The notes below the pieces were generated by a model. The model made no database searches. It saw only the letters and a list, made by a program, of their open reading frames with translations, and was not told the origin of the DNA. A stretch of 64,000 nt of DNA, taken from an uncultured Bacteroidota bacterium. Its GTDB lineage: Bacteria > Bacteroidota > Bacteroidia > NS11-12g > UBA9320. Where the stretch lies: assembly GCA_913050005.1 (NCBI GenBank), contig CAJXBI010000004.1, positions 3,116 through 67,115 of the forward strand, given 5' to 3'. Below are positions 18,946-29,441 of the stretch, piece by piece (position 1 is the first letter of the stretch; every line of letters starts with the position of its first letter). The translations under genes were made by a program, and so were the position numbers.

Positions 18946-21900
18946 ATGGATTATAAAAAAGTATATAATCGGTTAAATGACAATCAAAAAATTGCTGTTG
19001 ATAGTATTGATGGAACAGTAATGGTTGTTGCAGGACCTGGCACTGGAAAAACCCAAGTTCTTGGAGCTCGAATTGCAAGCATTTTAAAAAAAACGGACAC
19101 ACATGCTGAAAATATTTTGTGTTTGACGTTTACTGAAGCTGCCGCAACAGAGTTAAGAAGTCGGTTAAATGGAATGATTGGTTCTGAATCGTACAAAGTG
19201 GGTATATACACTTATCACGGATTTTGTAACATGGTCATTCAAGACAATAAAGACGTTTTTGGAGTTCAACATTTAGATTCAATATCGGATTTAGAAACTA
19301 TAGAAGTCTTACGTGAAATTATAGATGAATTGCCGCCAAATAGCTTGTTAAAAAGATATGTTGGAGATGTATATTTTGATGTTAAAAATTTGAAAAACCT
19401 TTTTGCACTTCTAAAAAAAGATAATTTAACATCAAATGAAATTACACTAAAAATTAAGGAGTCTAAAAAAGAAGCATTGTTAGACGAATTTTATCATTAT
19501 AAAAAAAAATACGGTAACAATTTAGCCGGAGATTTAAATCAAAAAAAATATGATACCTTCTCAAAAAGTTTAGATAAGCTATGTGAAGCATCAAAACTTT
19601 TAGATATTTATCAAAAAAAATTAAAAGACAGAAATCGCTATGATTTTAACGATATGTTATCATGGGTGTTAAATGCTTTTGAATCAAACGAGGAACTTTT
19701 ATTAAAATATCAGGAAGCTTTTCAATACTTTTTAGTTGATGAATATCAAGACACAAATGGTATTCAAAATCAACTACTTTATAAACTCATAAGCTATTGG
19801 GAAAATCCAAATGTTTTTGTTGTAGGAGACGATGATCAATCAATTTATAAGTTTCAAGGAGCTAATGTTGAAAACATCCGTGAATTTTATACTCGATATG
19901 AATCTAATATCAAGTTGGTTGTATTAGACCAAAACTATAGATCAAGTCAACACATACTTGATGCCAGTAATTATTTGATTCAAAATAATAATGAGAGGCT
20001 AGTTGGTAAAGTTCCTGATTTGAATAAGGATATAACTGCTGCTAATTTGAAAGTGTCTAAAATCAAACCTGCAATCTTCGTTACTGAATATCCTAATATT
20101 TTTCATGAAATTGTAAGTATTACTACTAAAATTAAAGATTTAAAATCAAAAGGAGTCTCATTGACGGATGTTAGTATCATGTATCGCAATCACAAACAAA
20201 GCGATGAATTAATCAATTTTTTAGAGAGCGAGGGTATAAGTTATAATGTAGCTAAAACTCAAGATGTGCTTCAAACTCCGTTAGTGAACCAGTTAAATAC
20301 CTTTTTAGAATACATTAAACTTGAGTCAAAAAAATTAGATAGTGGACAGCACTTACTTTTTGAATTATTTCATGCCTACAACTTTCAACATATAAATTCT
20401 CTAGAAATTGGATTGATCAGTAATGCGATAGGCAAAGAGAGAAATATGGGTTGGAGAGAATATATTCATTTTAGGATTTCAGATTTCAATCTAACAACAG
20501 AAAGTAAATTTGAGTTGAAAAAATTTTTACAGGATATTGATTATTGGTTAAAAGAGATTCATAATTTAACACTTCAAGATTTTGTCGAAAAGTTTATGTC
20601 TAAAATGGGTTTTGTGTCAAAAGCTCTCAAAAGTCAAGATGCAACATTCAAAATTCAATGCTTAAAAACCTACTATAATTTTCTGAAAGAAGAAACAGGA
20701 AGAAACCCATATTTAAAACTTAATGAATTTTTAGACAAGATTGAACTCTTGAAAAAAAATAATCTAGGTTTAAAACTAAATAAGTTAATTCATGGAGCTA
20801 AGGGTGTTAATTTAATGACGGTTCATGGATCAAAAGGACTACAGTTTGATTATGTTTTTATGATTGGTTGTACAGAAAATAATTGGGAGAAGGATCGAAA
20901 CACGCTACCTTTTAAATTGAACGTATTGTTGCCAGGTGAGCCTAAAGAAGCACTAAAAGAGGAATCTAGGAGATTATTTTATGTTGGATTAACAAGAGCC
21001 CGAAAACATTTAGAAATCAGCTTTTCATCAAAAAACGATAAAGATAAACATTTGATGAAAAGTCTTTTTGTAGAGGAGATTTTAGAAAGCAATGCCTGTG
21101 AACTCAAAAAAACTAATGCTTCAAAAGCTGATTTGATCCATTTTTTTGATTATATGTTGAAGTCTGTTGAGAAAAAAAGTGTTAAGCTTTTCGAACAGGA
21201 TTTCGTCAAGAAGGAAATAGAAAATTTTAGATTAAGTGCAACTAATTTAAATAGTTATTTAAAATGTCCTGTAACATTTTTTTATCAAAGCATTATTCGG
21301 GTACCATCGTCTAAAAATGACAGTATGACTTTTGGCTCGGCTATTCATTTTGCAATTGATAAACTATATGTTAATATGAGTAAAATTAGATCAGAGTCAG
21401 ACGCAATTGGAGTATTGATTAGTGAGTATTCGAGTGAAATGAACGCAAATAGAGAGTCATTTATACCTGCTAATTTTGATAGAAGACTGTTTTACGGGAA
21501 AGATATATTGACAAGGTATTTTAAGCATTATTCTGATCAAATTTTAAATGAACAAAATATTGAAACAGAGTTGACTTTAAATAACTGTGAAATTGACGGT
21601 GTTCCTATACGAGGTCAAATTGATAAGTTGATTATAAACGAGGGGAAAGTACATGTGGTAGACTTTAAAACGGGTCAGTATAAGTATGGAAAATCAAAGG
21701 TAAATCCTCCTATTAGTTTAATTGATAATCCTCAAGAATCTAATTTTGAAAAAAGATATGGTGGCGATTATTGGAGGCAAATTTTATTTTACAAAGCACT
21801 AATAGAAAGTAACAAGTCAAAATCTTTAGAGGTTATATCGGGCGAGATTGATTTTATTGAACCTGTAGAAGATGAGTATAAAAAACATAAGATAGCTTTT

Positions 21901-22029
21901 AATAATGATGATTATCTCTTTGTTAGAAATCAAATTAAGGAAACCTACAAACGTATTCAGAACCTTGAATTTACTGAAGGATGTAATAATGATCAGTGTT
22001 TTTGGTGTGAGTTCGACAAATACAACTAA
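18946..22029 (+). CDS. UvrD/PcrA-family SF1 helicase fused to C-terminal RecB/Cas4-type PD-(D/E)XK nuclease with Cys staple
   Basis: 1027 aa. Helicase motifs 'AGPGTGKT', 'VDEYQDT', 'VGDDDQSIYKFQGA', 'QNYRS', 'VHGSKGLQFD', 'YVGLTRARKHL'. Nuclease motifs 'GQIDKL', 'VVDFKTG', 'RQILFY' (QxxxY). Cys at 'YLKCP' plus 'CNNDQCFWC'. Confidence 0.85.
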   Translation: MDYKKVYNRLNDNQKIAVDSIDGTVMVVAGPGTGKTQVLGARIASILKKTDTHAENILCLTFTEAAATELRSRLNGMIGSESYKVGIYTYHGFCNMVIQDNKDVFGVQHLDSISDLETIEVLREIIDELPPNSLLKRYVGDVYFDVKNLKNLFALLKKDNLTSNEITLKIKESKKEALLDEFYHYKKKYGNNLAGDLNQKKYDTFSKSLDKLCEASKLLDIYQKKLKDRNRYDFNDMLSWVLNAFESNEELLLKYQEAFQYFLVDEYQDTNGIQNQLLYKLISYWENPNVFVVGDDDQSIYKFQGANVENIREFYTRYESNIKLVVLDQNYRSSQHILDASNYLIQNNNERLVGKVPDLNKDITAANLKVSKIKPAIFVTEYPNIFHEIVSITTKIKDLKSKGVSLTDVSIMYRNHKQSDELINFLESEGISYNVAKTQDVLQTPLVNQLNTFLEYIKLESKKLDSGQHLLFELFHAYNFQHINSLEIGLISNAIGKERNMGWREYIHFRISDFNLTTESKFELKKFLQDIDYWLKEIHNLTLQDFVEKFMSKMGFVSKALKSQDATFKIQCLKTYYNFLKEETGRNPYLKLNEFLDKIELLKKNNLGLKLNKLIHGAKGVNLMTVHGSKGLQFDYVFMIGCTENNWEKDRNTLPFKLNVLLPGEPKEALKEESRRLFYVGLTRARKHLEISFSSKNDKDKHLMKSLFVEEILESNACELKKTNASKADLIHFFDYMLKSVEKKSVKLFEQDFVKKEIENFRLSATNLNSYLKCPVTFFYQSIIRVPSSKNDSMTFGSAIHFAIDKLYVNMSKIRSESDAIGVLISEYSSEMNANRESFIPANFDRRLFYGKDILTRYFKHYSDQILNEQNIETELTLNNCEIDGVPIRGQIDKLIINEGKVHVVDFKTGQYKYGKSKVNPPISLIDNPQESNFEKRYGGDYWRQILFYKALIESNKSKSLEVISGEIDFIEPVEDEYKKHKIAFNNDDYLFVRNQIKETYKRIQNLEFTEGCNNDQCFWCEFDKYN

Positions 22030-22098
22030 TTAACATTTAAGTTTGATTTTATCTGGCCTTTAAAAACAAATGGTACCTTTGTAACGTTAAAATAAAAA

Positions 22099-22662
22099 AT
22101 GGACTTATCAGACGTAATAACGGTATATTCAGAGAAAACACCGAATCCAGAATCGATGAAGTTTGTGGCTAATCGAATGATTTTGCCTAACGATAGTATT
22201 GATTTTAGAGTAAACGAAAATTTAGACACTTGCCCAATGGCTGAAGAATTGTTTAAGTATGATTTTGTAAAAGGTGTTTTTATCATGAATAATTTTGTTT
22301 CTGTTACTAAAAAAGAAGATTATGAGTGGTTTGATATAATACCACAACTCAAAAAATTTGTACAGGATTATTTAGAGACTGAAAAGCCTGTTGTAGTTAA
22401 TAAAGAACAACTTTCTGAAGCAGAAGAATCAGGAGTAGTAACCAAGATTAAACAACTTTTAGAAGATCACGTAAAGCCTGCTGTAGAAATGGATGGAGGG
22501 GCAATTGATTTTAAGAGTTTTGATTCTGGTATTGTAACCGTGACAATGAAAGGTTCTTGTAGTGGATGCCCAAGTAGTACCCTTACATTGAAAGCTGGTA
22601 TAGAAAATCTCCTAAAAAGAATGGTGCCAGAGGTTGAGTCAGTTGAAGCAGAGGCTGCTTAA
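22099..22662 (+). CDS. NifU/Nfu-family Fe-S cluster protein (Nfu_N + NifU C-terminal domain)
   Basis: 187 aa. 'TPNPESMKF' N-domain. 'MDGGAIDF...GSCSGCPSSTLTLKAGIE' CxxC domain. Confidence 0.85.
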   Translation: MDLSDVITVYSEKTPNPESMKFVANRMILPNDSIDFRVNENLDTCPMAEELFKYDFVKGVFIMNNFVSVTKKEDYEWFDIIPQLKKFVQDYLETEKPVVVNKEQLSEAEESGVVTKIKQLLEDHVKPAVEMDGGAIDFKSFDSGIVTVTMKGSCSGCPSSTLTLKAGIENLLKRMVPEVESVEAEAA

Positions 22663-22701
22663 TTTAACAGTATCTTGATTGATTTTTAATTTCAACAAAT
22701 T

Positions 22702-24045
22702 TTATTTCTTGTTAACATCAAATGTTTCCATAAACTTGGTAGTGAAATTGCCAGCTTTAAAATCAGGATCCCTCATAAGTTTAAGGTGAAGAGGAATAGT
22801 TGTTTTAATTCCTTCCACAACAAATTCAGATAGAGCTCGTTCCATTTTAACGATACACTCCTCTCTTGTCTGAGCTGATACAATTAACTTAGCAATCATA
22901 GAGTCATAGTGTGGCGGGATACTATAACCCGCATATATGTGAGTGTCAACTCGAATACCGTGGCCGCCAGGCTTGTGTAATATTTCAATTTTTCCAGGGC
23001 TAGGTCTGTAGTCATTGTAAGGATCCTCAGCATTAATTCTACACTCAATAGAGTGTTTTTGAGGCAAGTAGTTTTGGCCACTTATTGGGTGACCTGCAGC
23101 TATTTTTATTTGCTCTTTAATTAAGTCAAAGTTAATTATTTCTTCAGTTACAGGATGTTCTACTTGAATTCGAACATTCATTTCCATGAAATAAAAATTC
23201 TTATATTTATCTACTAAAAACTCAACTGTTCCTACACCTTCATAGTTAATAGCTTCACCAGCTTTAATAGCAGCTTCACCCATTTTTGTCCGCAATTCTT
23301 CATTTGCAAAAGGGGATGGAGCCTCCTCAATTAATTTTTGATGTCTCCGTTGAATTGAGCAGTCTCTCTCAGACAAATGACATACTTTACCATATTGATC
23401 TCCGGCTATTTGAATTTCAATGTGTCGTGGTTCTTCAACAAATTTTTCAAGATACATTCCGTCATTACCGAATGCTGCTTTAGACTCTGTTCGAGCACTT
23501 TCCCATGCGTCGTCAAACTCTTCGTCTTTCCAAATTAATCGCATTCCTCTTCCACCTCCACCAGCGGTAGCTTTTATCATCACAGGGTATCCAATTTCTT
23601 TAGCTATTTTTTTACCTTCTTTAACATCTTTAAGTAAACCTTCAGATCCAGGAACACAAGGTACACCAGCAGCAATCATGGTTGCCTTAGCATTCGATTT
23701 ATCTCCCATCCCTTCAATCATTTCAGGACTAGCGCCAATAAATTTAATACCGTGATCTCGGCACATTTCTGAAAATGTTGCATTTTCAGAAAGAAAACCA
23801 TAACCTGGGTGTATCGCATCTGCATTCGTTATTTCTGCAGCAGCAATAATATTAGGCATATTTAGATAAGATAGTGCACTAGAAGGAGGTCCAATACAGA
23901 CAGCTTCGTCAGCAAACTTTACATGAAGACTATCCTCATCTGCACTAGAATATACAGCAACGGTGGATATACCCATTTCTTTACATGTTCGAATGACTCG
24001 TAAAGCAATTTCACCTCTATTGGCGATTAATATCTTCTTAAACAT
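22702..24045 (-). CDS. accC: Acetyl-CoA carboxylase, biotin carboxylase subunit
   Basis: 447 aa. '[11 protein letters not shown]', 'GGGGRGMR', '[14 protein letters not shown]'. Confidence 0.97.
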   Translation of the reverse strand: MFKKILIANRGEIALRVIRTCKEMGISTVAVYSSADEDSLHVKFADEAVCIGPPSSALSYLNMPNIIAAAEITNADAIHPGYGFLSENATFSEMCRDHGIKFIGASPEMIEGMGDKSNAKATMIAAGVPCVPGSEGLLKDVKEGKKIAKEIGYPVMIKATAGGGGRGMRLIWKDEEFDDAWESARTESKAAFGNDGMYLEKFVEEPRHIEIQIAGDQYGKVCHLSERDCSIQRRHQKLIEEAPSPFANEELRTKMGEAAIKAGEAINYEGVGTVEFLVDKYKNFYFMEMNVRIQVEHPVTEEIINFDLIKEQIKIAAGHPISGQNYLPQKHSIECRINAEDPYNDYRPSPGKIEILHKPGGHGIRVDTHIYAGYSIPPHYDSMIAKLIVSAQTREECIVKMERALSEFVVEGIKTTIPLHLKLMRDPDFKAGNFTTKFMETFDVNKK

Positions 24046-24059
24046 AGGAATGTGTTAAT

Positions 24060-24524
24060 TTATTTAGGTTCAACAACAAACAGTGGCTGTCCATATTCAA
24101 CAGGTTGTGAGTCGTCTACTAATACTTTAACGATTTTTCCACTAACTTCAGATTCTATTTCGTTGAACAATTTCATAGCCTCAATTATGCATATTATTTG
24201 CCCTTTTTCAACTATATCACCAACCTCTACAAAAACAGGTTTGTCTGGAGAAGACTTTCGGTAGAATGTCCCTATCATTGGCGATTTAATTTCTTCTGTT
24301 TTGGATTCTTCGGTAGGGGGTTTTGTAGATTCTTTAACAGAAGGTTTTACATCCTCTTGTTCTGCAGGTACTTCTTGAACAGTAACTGTTTTTGGCACAT
24401 TAGCAGTTATATTTTGTGCGTTACGTTTAATTCGAATTTTGAAATCTTTTTGCTCGATAGCAACTTCATCAACTTTAGATGAAGAAATAAATTTGATTAA
24501 AGTCTGAATTTCTTTTAAGTCCAT
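24060..24524 (-). CDS. accB: Acetyl-CoA carboxylase biotin carboxyl carrier protein
   Basis: 154 aa. Biotinylation motif '[10 protein letters not shown]'. P/E/K-rich linker. Confidence 0.93.
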   Translation of the reverse strand: MDLKEIQTLIKFISSSKVDEVAIEQKDFKIRIKRNAQNITANVPKTVTVQEVPAEQEDVKPSVKESTKPPTEESKTEEIKSPMIGTFYRKSSPDKPVFVEVGDIVEKGQIICIIEAMKLFNEIESEVSGKIVKVLVDDSQPVEYGQPLFVVEPK

Positions 24525-24568
24525 ATCTTTTCAATCTTAAGCGAAAATAGTATAATTATATTAATGTG

Positions 24569-25552
24569 TTATGAATTGTATGCCCACTTTAAATATATTG
24601 CTCCCCATGTAAAACCACCACCAAAAGCTGCTAAGACAATGTTATCTCCTTTTTTAAATTTTGATTCAAAATCAGAGAACAATAAAGGTATAGTTCCTGC
24701 TGTTGTATTTCCGTATTTAGAAATATTTATTAAGACCTTTTTTTCGTCTAGATCCATTCTGCGTGCCGTTGCATCAATTATTCTTAAATTAGCCTGGTGC
24801 GCACATAAATAATCTACATTATCACCAGTTAAATTATTTCTGTCCATTATTTCACGACTAACATCAGCCATATTTGTTACAGCAAATTTAAAGACCGTCT
24901 TTCCTTCTTGATAAAGGTAGTGCATGCCGTTATCTAACGTTTCGTGAGAAGAAGGGTATCTTGATCCTCCGGCTTTCAAATTCAAATAATCAATACCTAC
25001 TCCGTCTGACTTTAATACGCTATCTAAAATGCCATTTTCATCTTGGCTAGGTTCTAATAAAACTGCAGCACCCCCATCCCCAAAAATTACGCAGGTATTT
25101 CTATCTTTATAATCGACAATAGAAGACATTTTATCAGCACCACAGACAATTACCTTCTGGTGTTTTCCGGATTCAATGAATTTGGAGCCTGTATCGAGTG
25201 CATATAAAAATCCAGAGCAAGCTGCGCTCATATCAAATCCCCAGGCTTTTTTGGCACCTAGCTTATGAGTTACAATGTTTGCTGTTGATGGAAATGCGTG
25301 ATCGGGAGTAATTGTAGCAACGATTACTAAATCAATTTCCTCAGCCGATATACCTCTCTTATCCAATAATTTTTCGATCGCCTTTATGCAGAGGTCACTA
25401 GTAGCTTTGTCTTTTTCTAGAATTCTTCTTTCTTTAATTCCAGTTCTTGTTCGTATCCACTCATCAGAAGTATCTACCATTTTTTCAAGTTCGTGGTTTG
25501 TCAATATTTTATCAGGGACATAACCACCAACTGCTGTTATAGCTGCTCTCAT
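24569..25552 (-). CDS. fabH: 3-oxoacyl-ACP synthase III
   Basis: 327 aa. Active-site 'AACSGF'. 'HQANLRI' and 'GNTTAGTIP' motifs. Confidence 0.93.
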   Translation of the reverse strand: MRAAITAVGGYVPDKILTNHELEKMVDTSDEWIRTRTGIKERRILEKDKATSDLCIKAIEKLLDKRGISAEEIDLVIVATITPDHAFPSTANIVTHKLGAKKAWGFDMSAACSGFLYALDTGSKFIESGKHQKVIVCGADKMSSIVDYKDRNTCVIFGDGGAAVLLEPSQDENGILDSVLKSDGVGIDYLNLKAGGSRYPSSHETLDNGMHYLYQEGKTVFKFAVTNMADVSREIMDRNNLTGDNVDYLCAHQANLRIIDATARRMDLDEKKVLINISKYGNTTAGTIPLLFSDFESKFKKGDNIVLAAFGGGFTWGAIYLKWAYNS

Positions 25553-25568
25553 TTAATTATTTTTGGCT

Positions 25569-26516
25569 TCAAATTTCTGTAGTTTCAGAAATTGATATTT
25601 CAATTTTAGAAATTAATTCTGATTCTACTACATTTTTTGCAAGTTTTATCATGTTGGTGAATGTTTCGGAATTCGATATTCCGTGACCTACAATTACAGA
25701 TTTTCGTATTCCTAGAATAGGAGTTCCTCCATAATTTTGAAAATTAAATTTTGATAAAAAATCATCCTCAACTCCTCTTTTGAGCAAGTTGTAGAAAAAT
25801 CCTTCGCAAGTTTTGACAATTACGTTACCTGTAAATCCATCGCACACTGCTACATCAACTTTGTCGTTAAACAAATCTCTACCTTCAACATTTCCAACGA
25901 AGTTGATTCCTTTTTGTGCTTTAAGTATTGGAAAAGCAGCTTTTGTTGTCACATTTCCTTTTTCTTCTTCTTCTCCGATATTTACCAAACCAACTCTAGG
26001 GTTTTCAATACCATATACGGCTCTAGCATATTCAGTACCGAGTATAGCAAATTTTGAAAGTGTTTCTGGTTTGACGTCACTATTAGCACCAACATCAACC
26101 AAAACACCTGAGATACCACTTTGCTGGGGAAGTACGGAAGATAGTGCAGGACGGTCAATACCAGGAATACCTTTAACGTTATAAAGCGCAGAAACCATCA
26201 TTGCACCTGTATTACCTGCACCTATGAAAGTATCAATTTTTCCTTCAGCAAGAAAGTGCATTCCGACATTAATACTAGAATCTTTCTTTGTAGATACTGC
26301 TTTGATAGGATTTTCACCCATACTAATACTTACACCAGTATTAACAACGGTTATATTTTGGTGATTTAAATCTGAGGCATATTTGCTAAGTGCTTTTGGT
26401 TCACCAAAAACAAAAAAATGAGAATCGCAGTTTTCTGAATTCACTTCGTTGACAAGTGCTTTGACACACTCTTTGGGAGCATAATCGCCACCCATGGCAT
26501 CTATGCCAATATTCAT
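25569..26516 (-). CDS. plsX: Phosphate acyltransferase PlsX
   Basis: 315 aa. 'IGIDAMGGDYAP', 'GNTGA', 'DGFTGNV'. Confidence 0.93.
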   Translation of the reverse strand: MNIGIDAMGGDYAPKECVKALVNEVNSENCDSHFFVFGEPKALSKYASDLNHQNITVVNTGVSISMGENPIKAVSTKKDSSINVGMHFLAEGKIDTFIGAGNTGAMMVSALYNVKGIPGIDRPALSSVLPQQSGISGVLVDVGANSDVKPETLSKFAILGTEYARAVYGIENPRVGLVNIGEEEEKGNVTTKAAFPILKAQKGINFVGNVEGRDLFNDKVDVAVCDGFTGNVIVKTCEGFFYNLLKRGVEDDFLSKFNFQNYGGTPILGIRKSVIVGHGISNSETFTNMIKLAKNVVESELISKIEISISETTEI

Positions 26517-26522
26517 ATTTGA

Positions 26523-26705
26523 TTATTCTGCGTTAGGTTCTAGAACTTGAACTCCGCGGTACATACCAGTTTCTAAATTCAATCTGTGATAAAGATGAAT
26601 TTCTCCAGTAGATGGATCTCTGTGAAGCTGTCTGTTACCTAATTTGTAATGGGTTCTTCTTTTGTCTCTCCTTGTTTTGGAAATTTTACGTTTAGGATGT
26701 GCCAT
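26523..26705 (-). CDS. rpmF: 50S ribosomal protein L32
   Basis: 60 aa. '[19 protein letters not shown]'. Confidence 0.93.
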   Translation of the reverse strand: MAHPKRKISKTRRDKRRTHYKLGNRQLHRDPSTGEIHLYHRLNLETGMYRGVQVLEPNAE

Positions 26706-26706
26706 T

Positions 26707-27207
26707 TTATTTTTTTATAAGTTTTTTTAATTCTGCCCATCTTTCATCCACTTCGTCGTTTGATTCGTTAGAATTAAGATATTTTATGATGCATTTTTTT
26801 TGAATTTCGGAATTTTCGCATATCAATCGTGTGGGTGTATCTAAACATATTTGTTCGTATATTGAATCATAAACAGAATAAACTGGGTGATTTACGGATA
26901 AATAATTTTCTTCATTAAGAAGGTTGCTATTTAGCGTTAATTTCAGTATATCTAGCCTAGATGTGTTTACGCGAATTTTAATTGGGTTTAAACATCGATC
27001 ACATTGTGAGTTTATGAAGCCATCAAAAGAATAATCTAAGGTAATTGTATCCTCAAATTTTTCGCATTTAATGTCAACATTAAAGTTACCATTTTGATAT
27101 AAACTTTTTTCTTTTAATTCAAAGAACGCATCGGTTAATTTGAAATTGAAAGTGTCTTTCTCGTTTTTAAATTTGTTAAAATCTATTTCAAATTCAGACA
27201 ACTTCAT
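26707..27207 (-). CDS. YceD/DUF177 family protein
   Basis: 166 aa. Sits immediately upstream of rpmF-plsX, as in the conserved yceD-rpmF-plsX arrangement. 'CDRCL' Cys pair. Confidence 0.75.
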   Translation of the reverse strand: MKLSEFEIDFNKFKNEKDTFNFKLTDAFFELKEKSLYQNGNFNVDIKCEKFEDTITLDYSFDGFINSQCDRCLNPIKIRVNTSRLDILKLTLNSNLLNEENYLSVNHPVYSVYDSIYEQICLDTPTRLICENSEIQKKCIIKYLNSNESNDEVDERWAELKKLIKK

Positions 27208-27264
27208 TTCTAAAAGTTGGCAAAGTTAAGTAATTTACAATAAAATGCGTTAATCTTGAATTAG

Positions 27265-28341
27265 TTATCCCAAATCAGGCACACCAATACTGAATTTTTC
27301 TCTGCGGTGAGTTTTGAACCCAAGTGTCTCTTTGGAATTGTCGAAGTAATTGATTCGATTTCTACGAACTTTATTAATTAAATAAAGTGCATTAATAAAT
27401 GATGATGTATCCCCTATTCCTTTGCCTGCTATATCATATGCTGTGCCGTGGTCTGGTGAAGTTCTCACAATGGGTAAACCTGCTGTATAGTTGATTCCAT
27501 CAGTAAAGGCCATTTGCTTAAATGGAATTAAGACCTGATCGTGGTACATGCCAACTACAGCATCAAAATTGGTTGAGTTTTTAGAACCAAAAAAGCCATC
27601 TGGTGCGTATGGACCCATAACAAGTATATTTTCTTTTTGAGCTTCTTTGACAGCTGGAAGAATGATGTCTAGCTCTTCACGACCCATTAGCCCGCCGTCC
27701 CCTCCGTGAGGGTTAATTCCTAAAACAGCAATTTTAGGTTTGATAATAGCAAAGTCTGCTTTTAAATTTTCATGGATTAAACGAATATGCTCAAATACAG
27801 ACTCTTTAGTAATGCTTTTGATTACATTGTTAAAAGGAGTATGACCGGTAACCATTGATACTTTTAGCTCTTCATTCATTAATATCATTTGGGCTGTAGA
27901 CTCAAATTCGCTTGCAAAATATTGAGTATGTCCATTGAAGGACAGCCCTGCATCAGTTATCGATTTTTTATCAATTGGGCAAGTTAATATATCGGTAATA
28001 AGACCGTCTTTTATGTCAGCAATAGCCATTTGAAGTGCATCAAGTGCAAATTTACCAGCTTGAACGCTAGGAGAGCCTGGAGTAATTTCTATTATTTCTC
28101 TATTGCAGATCCTTAGATTTAATTGATTTTTTTTTATGTCAGAGACTTTTTTGACAACATTAAAATTTAGTGTTGAATAGCTAAGTAATTTGGCGTAAAA
28201 CTTAAAAAGATAAGTATTTGCATAAATTACTGGAGTACAATAATTAAATACCAATTCGTTAGAAAAAGTTTTAAGAATTAATTCAGGACCTATTCCGTTG
28301 AAATCTCCAATTGTTACTCCTATAACTGGTTTATCATTCAT
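27265..28341 (-). CDS. pdxA: 4-hydroxythreonine-4-phosphate dehydrogenase
   Basis: 358 aa. 'GDFNGIGPE', 'GHTQY', 'LGINPHGGDGG', 'MYHDQ', 'VRTSPDHGTA'. Confidence 0.92.
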   Translation of the reverse strand: MNDKPVIGVTIGDFNGIGPELILKTFSNELVFNYCTPVIYANTYLFKFYAKLLSYSTLNFNVVKKVSDIKKNQLNLRICNREIIEITPGSPSVQAGKFALDALQMAIADIKDGLITDILTCPIDKKSITDAGLSFNGHTQYFASEFESTAQMILMNEELKVSMVTGHTPFNNVIKSITKESVFEHIRLIHENLKADFAIIKPKIAVLGINPHGGDGGLMGREELDIILPAVKEAQKENILVMGPYAPDGFFGSKNSTNFDAVVGMYHDQVLIPFKQMAFTDGINYTAGLPIVRTSPDHGTAYDIAGKGIGDTSSFINALYLINKVRRNRINYFDNSKETLGFKTHRREKFSIGVPDLG

Positions 28342-28503
28342 TAATACAAAGGTATGATTTCTAATTTACATACTAATTGCACTATCAATAGAACACAAAT
28401 AATTTTAGATAATATCGATTATTTAATTTAGGCATAATTTTTGATACAAATATTTTTGCTGTAAAGTCATTGAAAATAGTAGCAGTTTATAGAATGTTAT
28501 CAT

Positions 28504-28511
28504 TAAATTTG
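28504..28511 (+). promoter_or_regulatory. Possible -7 promoter box (TAAATTTG = TAnnTTTG) for rpoD
   Basis: Matches the Bacteroidota sigma-A -7 consensus, 50 nt upstream of ATG 28561. The -33 element is not convincing. Confidence 0.25.
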
Positions 28512-28560
28512 CAAATTCTATCAAATATTCTCACAGAGAATTTATACTTCTAATAAACAT

Positions 28561-29424
28561 ATGAGACAGTTAAAAATATCAAAACAATTTACTAATAGAG
28601 AAAATAAGTCGCTTGATAAATATCTCAACGAAATTAGTAAGGTAGCCATGATTGACGCCCAAGAGGAAGTTCAGCTTGCCAGAAGAATTCGAGAAGGTGA
28701 TCAGGCAGCCTTGGAAAAATTGGTAAATGCTAACTTACGATTTGTGGTTTCAGTATCTAAGCAATACCAAAATCAAGGATTAACATTAGGAGACTTGATC
28801 AATGAAGGCAATCTCGGATTGATTAAAGCGGCCAAAAGATTTGACGAAACTCGTGGTTTTAAATTTATTTCATATGCTGTTTGGTGGATTAGACAATCTA
28901 TTTTACAAGCATTAGCTGACCAATCTAGAATTGTTCGTTTGCCTTTAAATAAAGTTGGAAGTATTGGTAGAATTAGTGCTGCTGCTGCACGTTTAGAGCA
29001 ATTACAGGAGCGTGAACCTACTCCAGAAGAAATTGCAAAAGAACTTGAGATTAGCATTACTGAAGTTGAAAATGCTTTTAAATCAAGCGGACGCCATTTG
29101 TCAATAGATGCTCCATTGATTGAGGGAGAGGATAATAGTTTACTTGGTGTTTTGGATAATAATGATGAACCTAATCCTGATCAGCCCTTAATGGATGAGT
29201 CATTAAGAAAGGAGATTAATCGTGTGATTTCTACTCTGTCAGAAAAAGAAAGAGATGTATTAAAATACTATTACGGATTAGATGGTGGTCCTGCTCATAC
29301 TTTGGAGGACATTTCAGATAAGGTAGGACTAACTCGTGAGAGAGTCCGTCAAATAAAAGAAAAAGCTTTACGTAGACTTAGAAAATCAAGTAAGAGTAAG
29401 ATTCTTAAGTCTTATCTTGGTTAA
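28561..29424 (+). CDS. rpoD: Primary RNA polymerase sigma factor (short Bacteroidota sigma-A type)
   Basis: 287 aa. '[12 protein letters not shown]', '[17 protein letters not shown]', '[10 protein letters not shown]', '[26 protein letters not shown]'. No long region 1.1. Confidence 0.93.
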   Translation: MRQLKISKQFTNRENKSLDKYLNEISKVAMIDAQEEVQLARRIREGDQAALEKLVNANLRFVVSVSKQYQNQGLTLGDLINEGNLGLIKAAKRFDETRGFKFISYAVWWIRQSILQALADQSRIVRLPLNKVGSIGRISAAAARLEQLQEREPTPEEIAKELEISITEVENAFKSSGRHLSIDAPLIEGEDNSLLGVLDNNDEPNPDQPLMDESLRKEINRVISTLSEKERDVLKYYYGLDGGPAHTLEDISDKVGLTRERVRQIKEKALRRLRKSSKSKILKSYLG

Positions 29425-29441
29425 AAATGTTAATTATGATT

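Noticed and set aside
22026-22286. 86-aa minus-strand ORF overlapping the start of the NifU/Nfu gene
   Set aside because: It overlaps a well-supported plus-strand gene and the helicase stop, and has no recognisable features.
23420-23755. Long antisense ORFs inside conserved genes (23420..23755 in accC, 25813..26184 in plsX, 40915..41286 in kdsD, 16661..16969 in the adhesin, 47413..47727 in ompA, 4450..4692 in pgk, and others in the track)
   Set aside because: Each lies fully within a much longer, well-supported gene on the opposite strand. They have low-complexity P/S/T-rich or hydrophobic translations and no motifs. This is typical stop-free antisense frames.
22702-28341. pdxA-yceD-rpmF-plsX-fabH-accB-accC co-directional run as something novel
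   Set aside because: yceD-rpmF-plsX-fabH is a widely conserved lipid-synthesis arrangement, and adding accBC is a plausible and unsurprising extension. It is recorded as features only.
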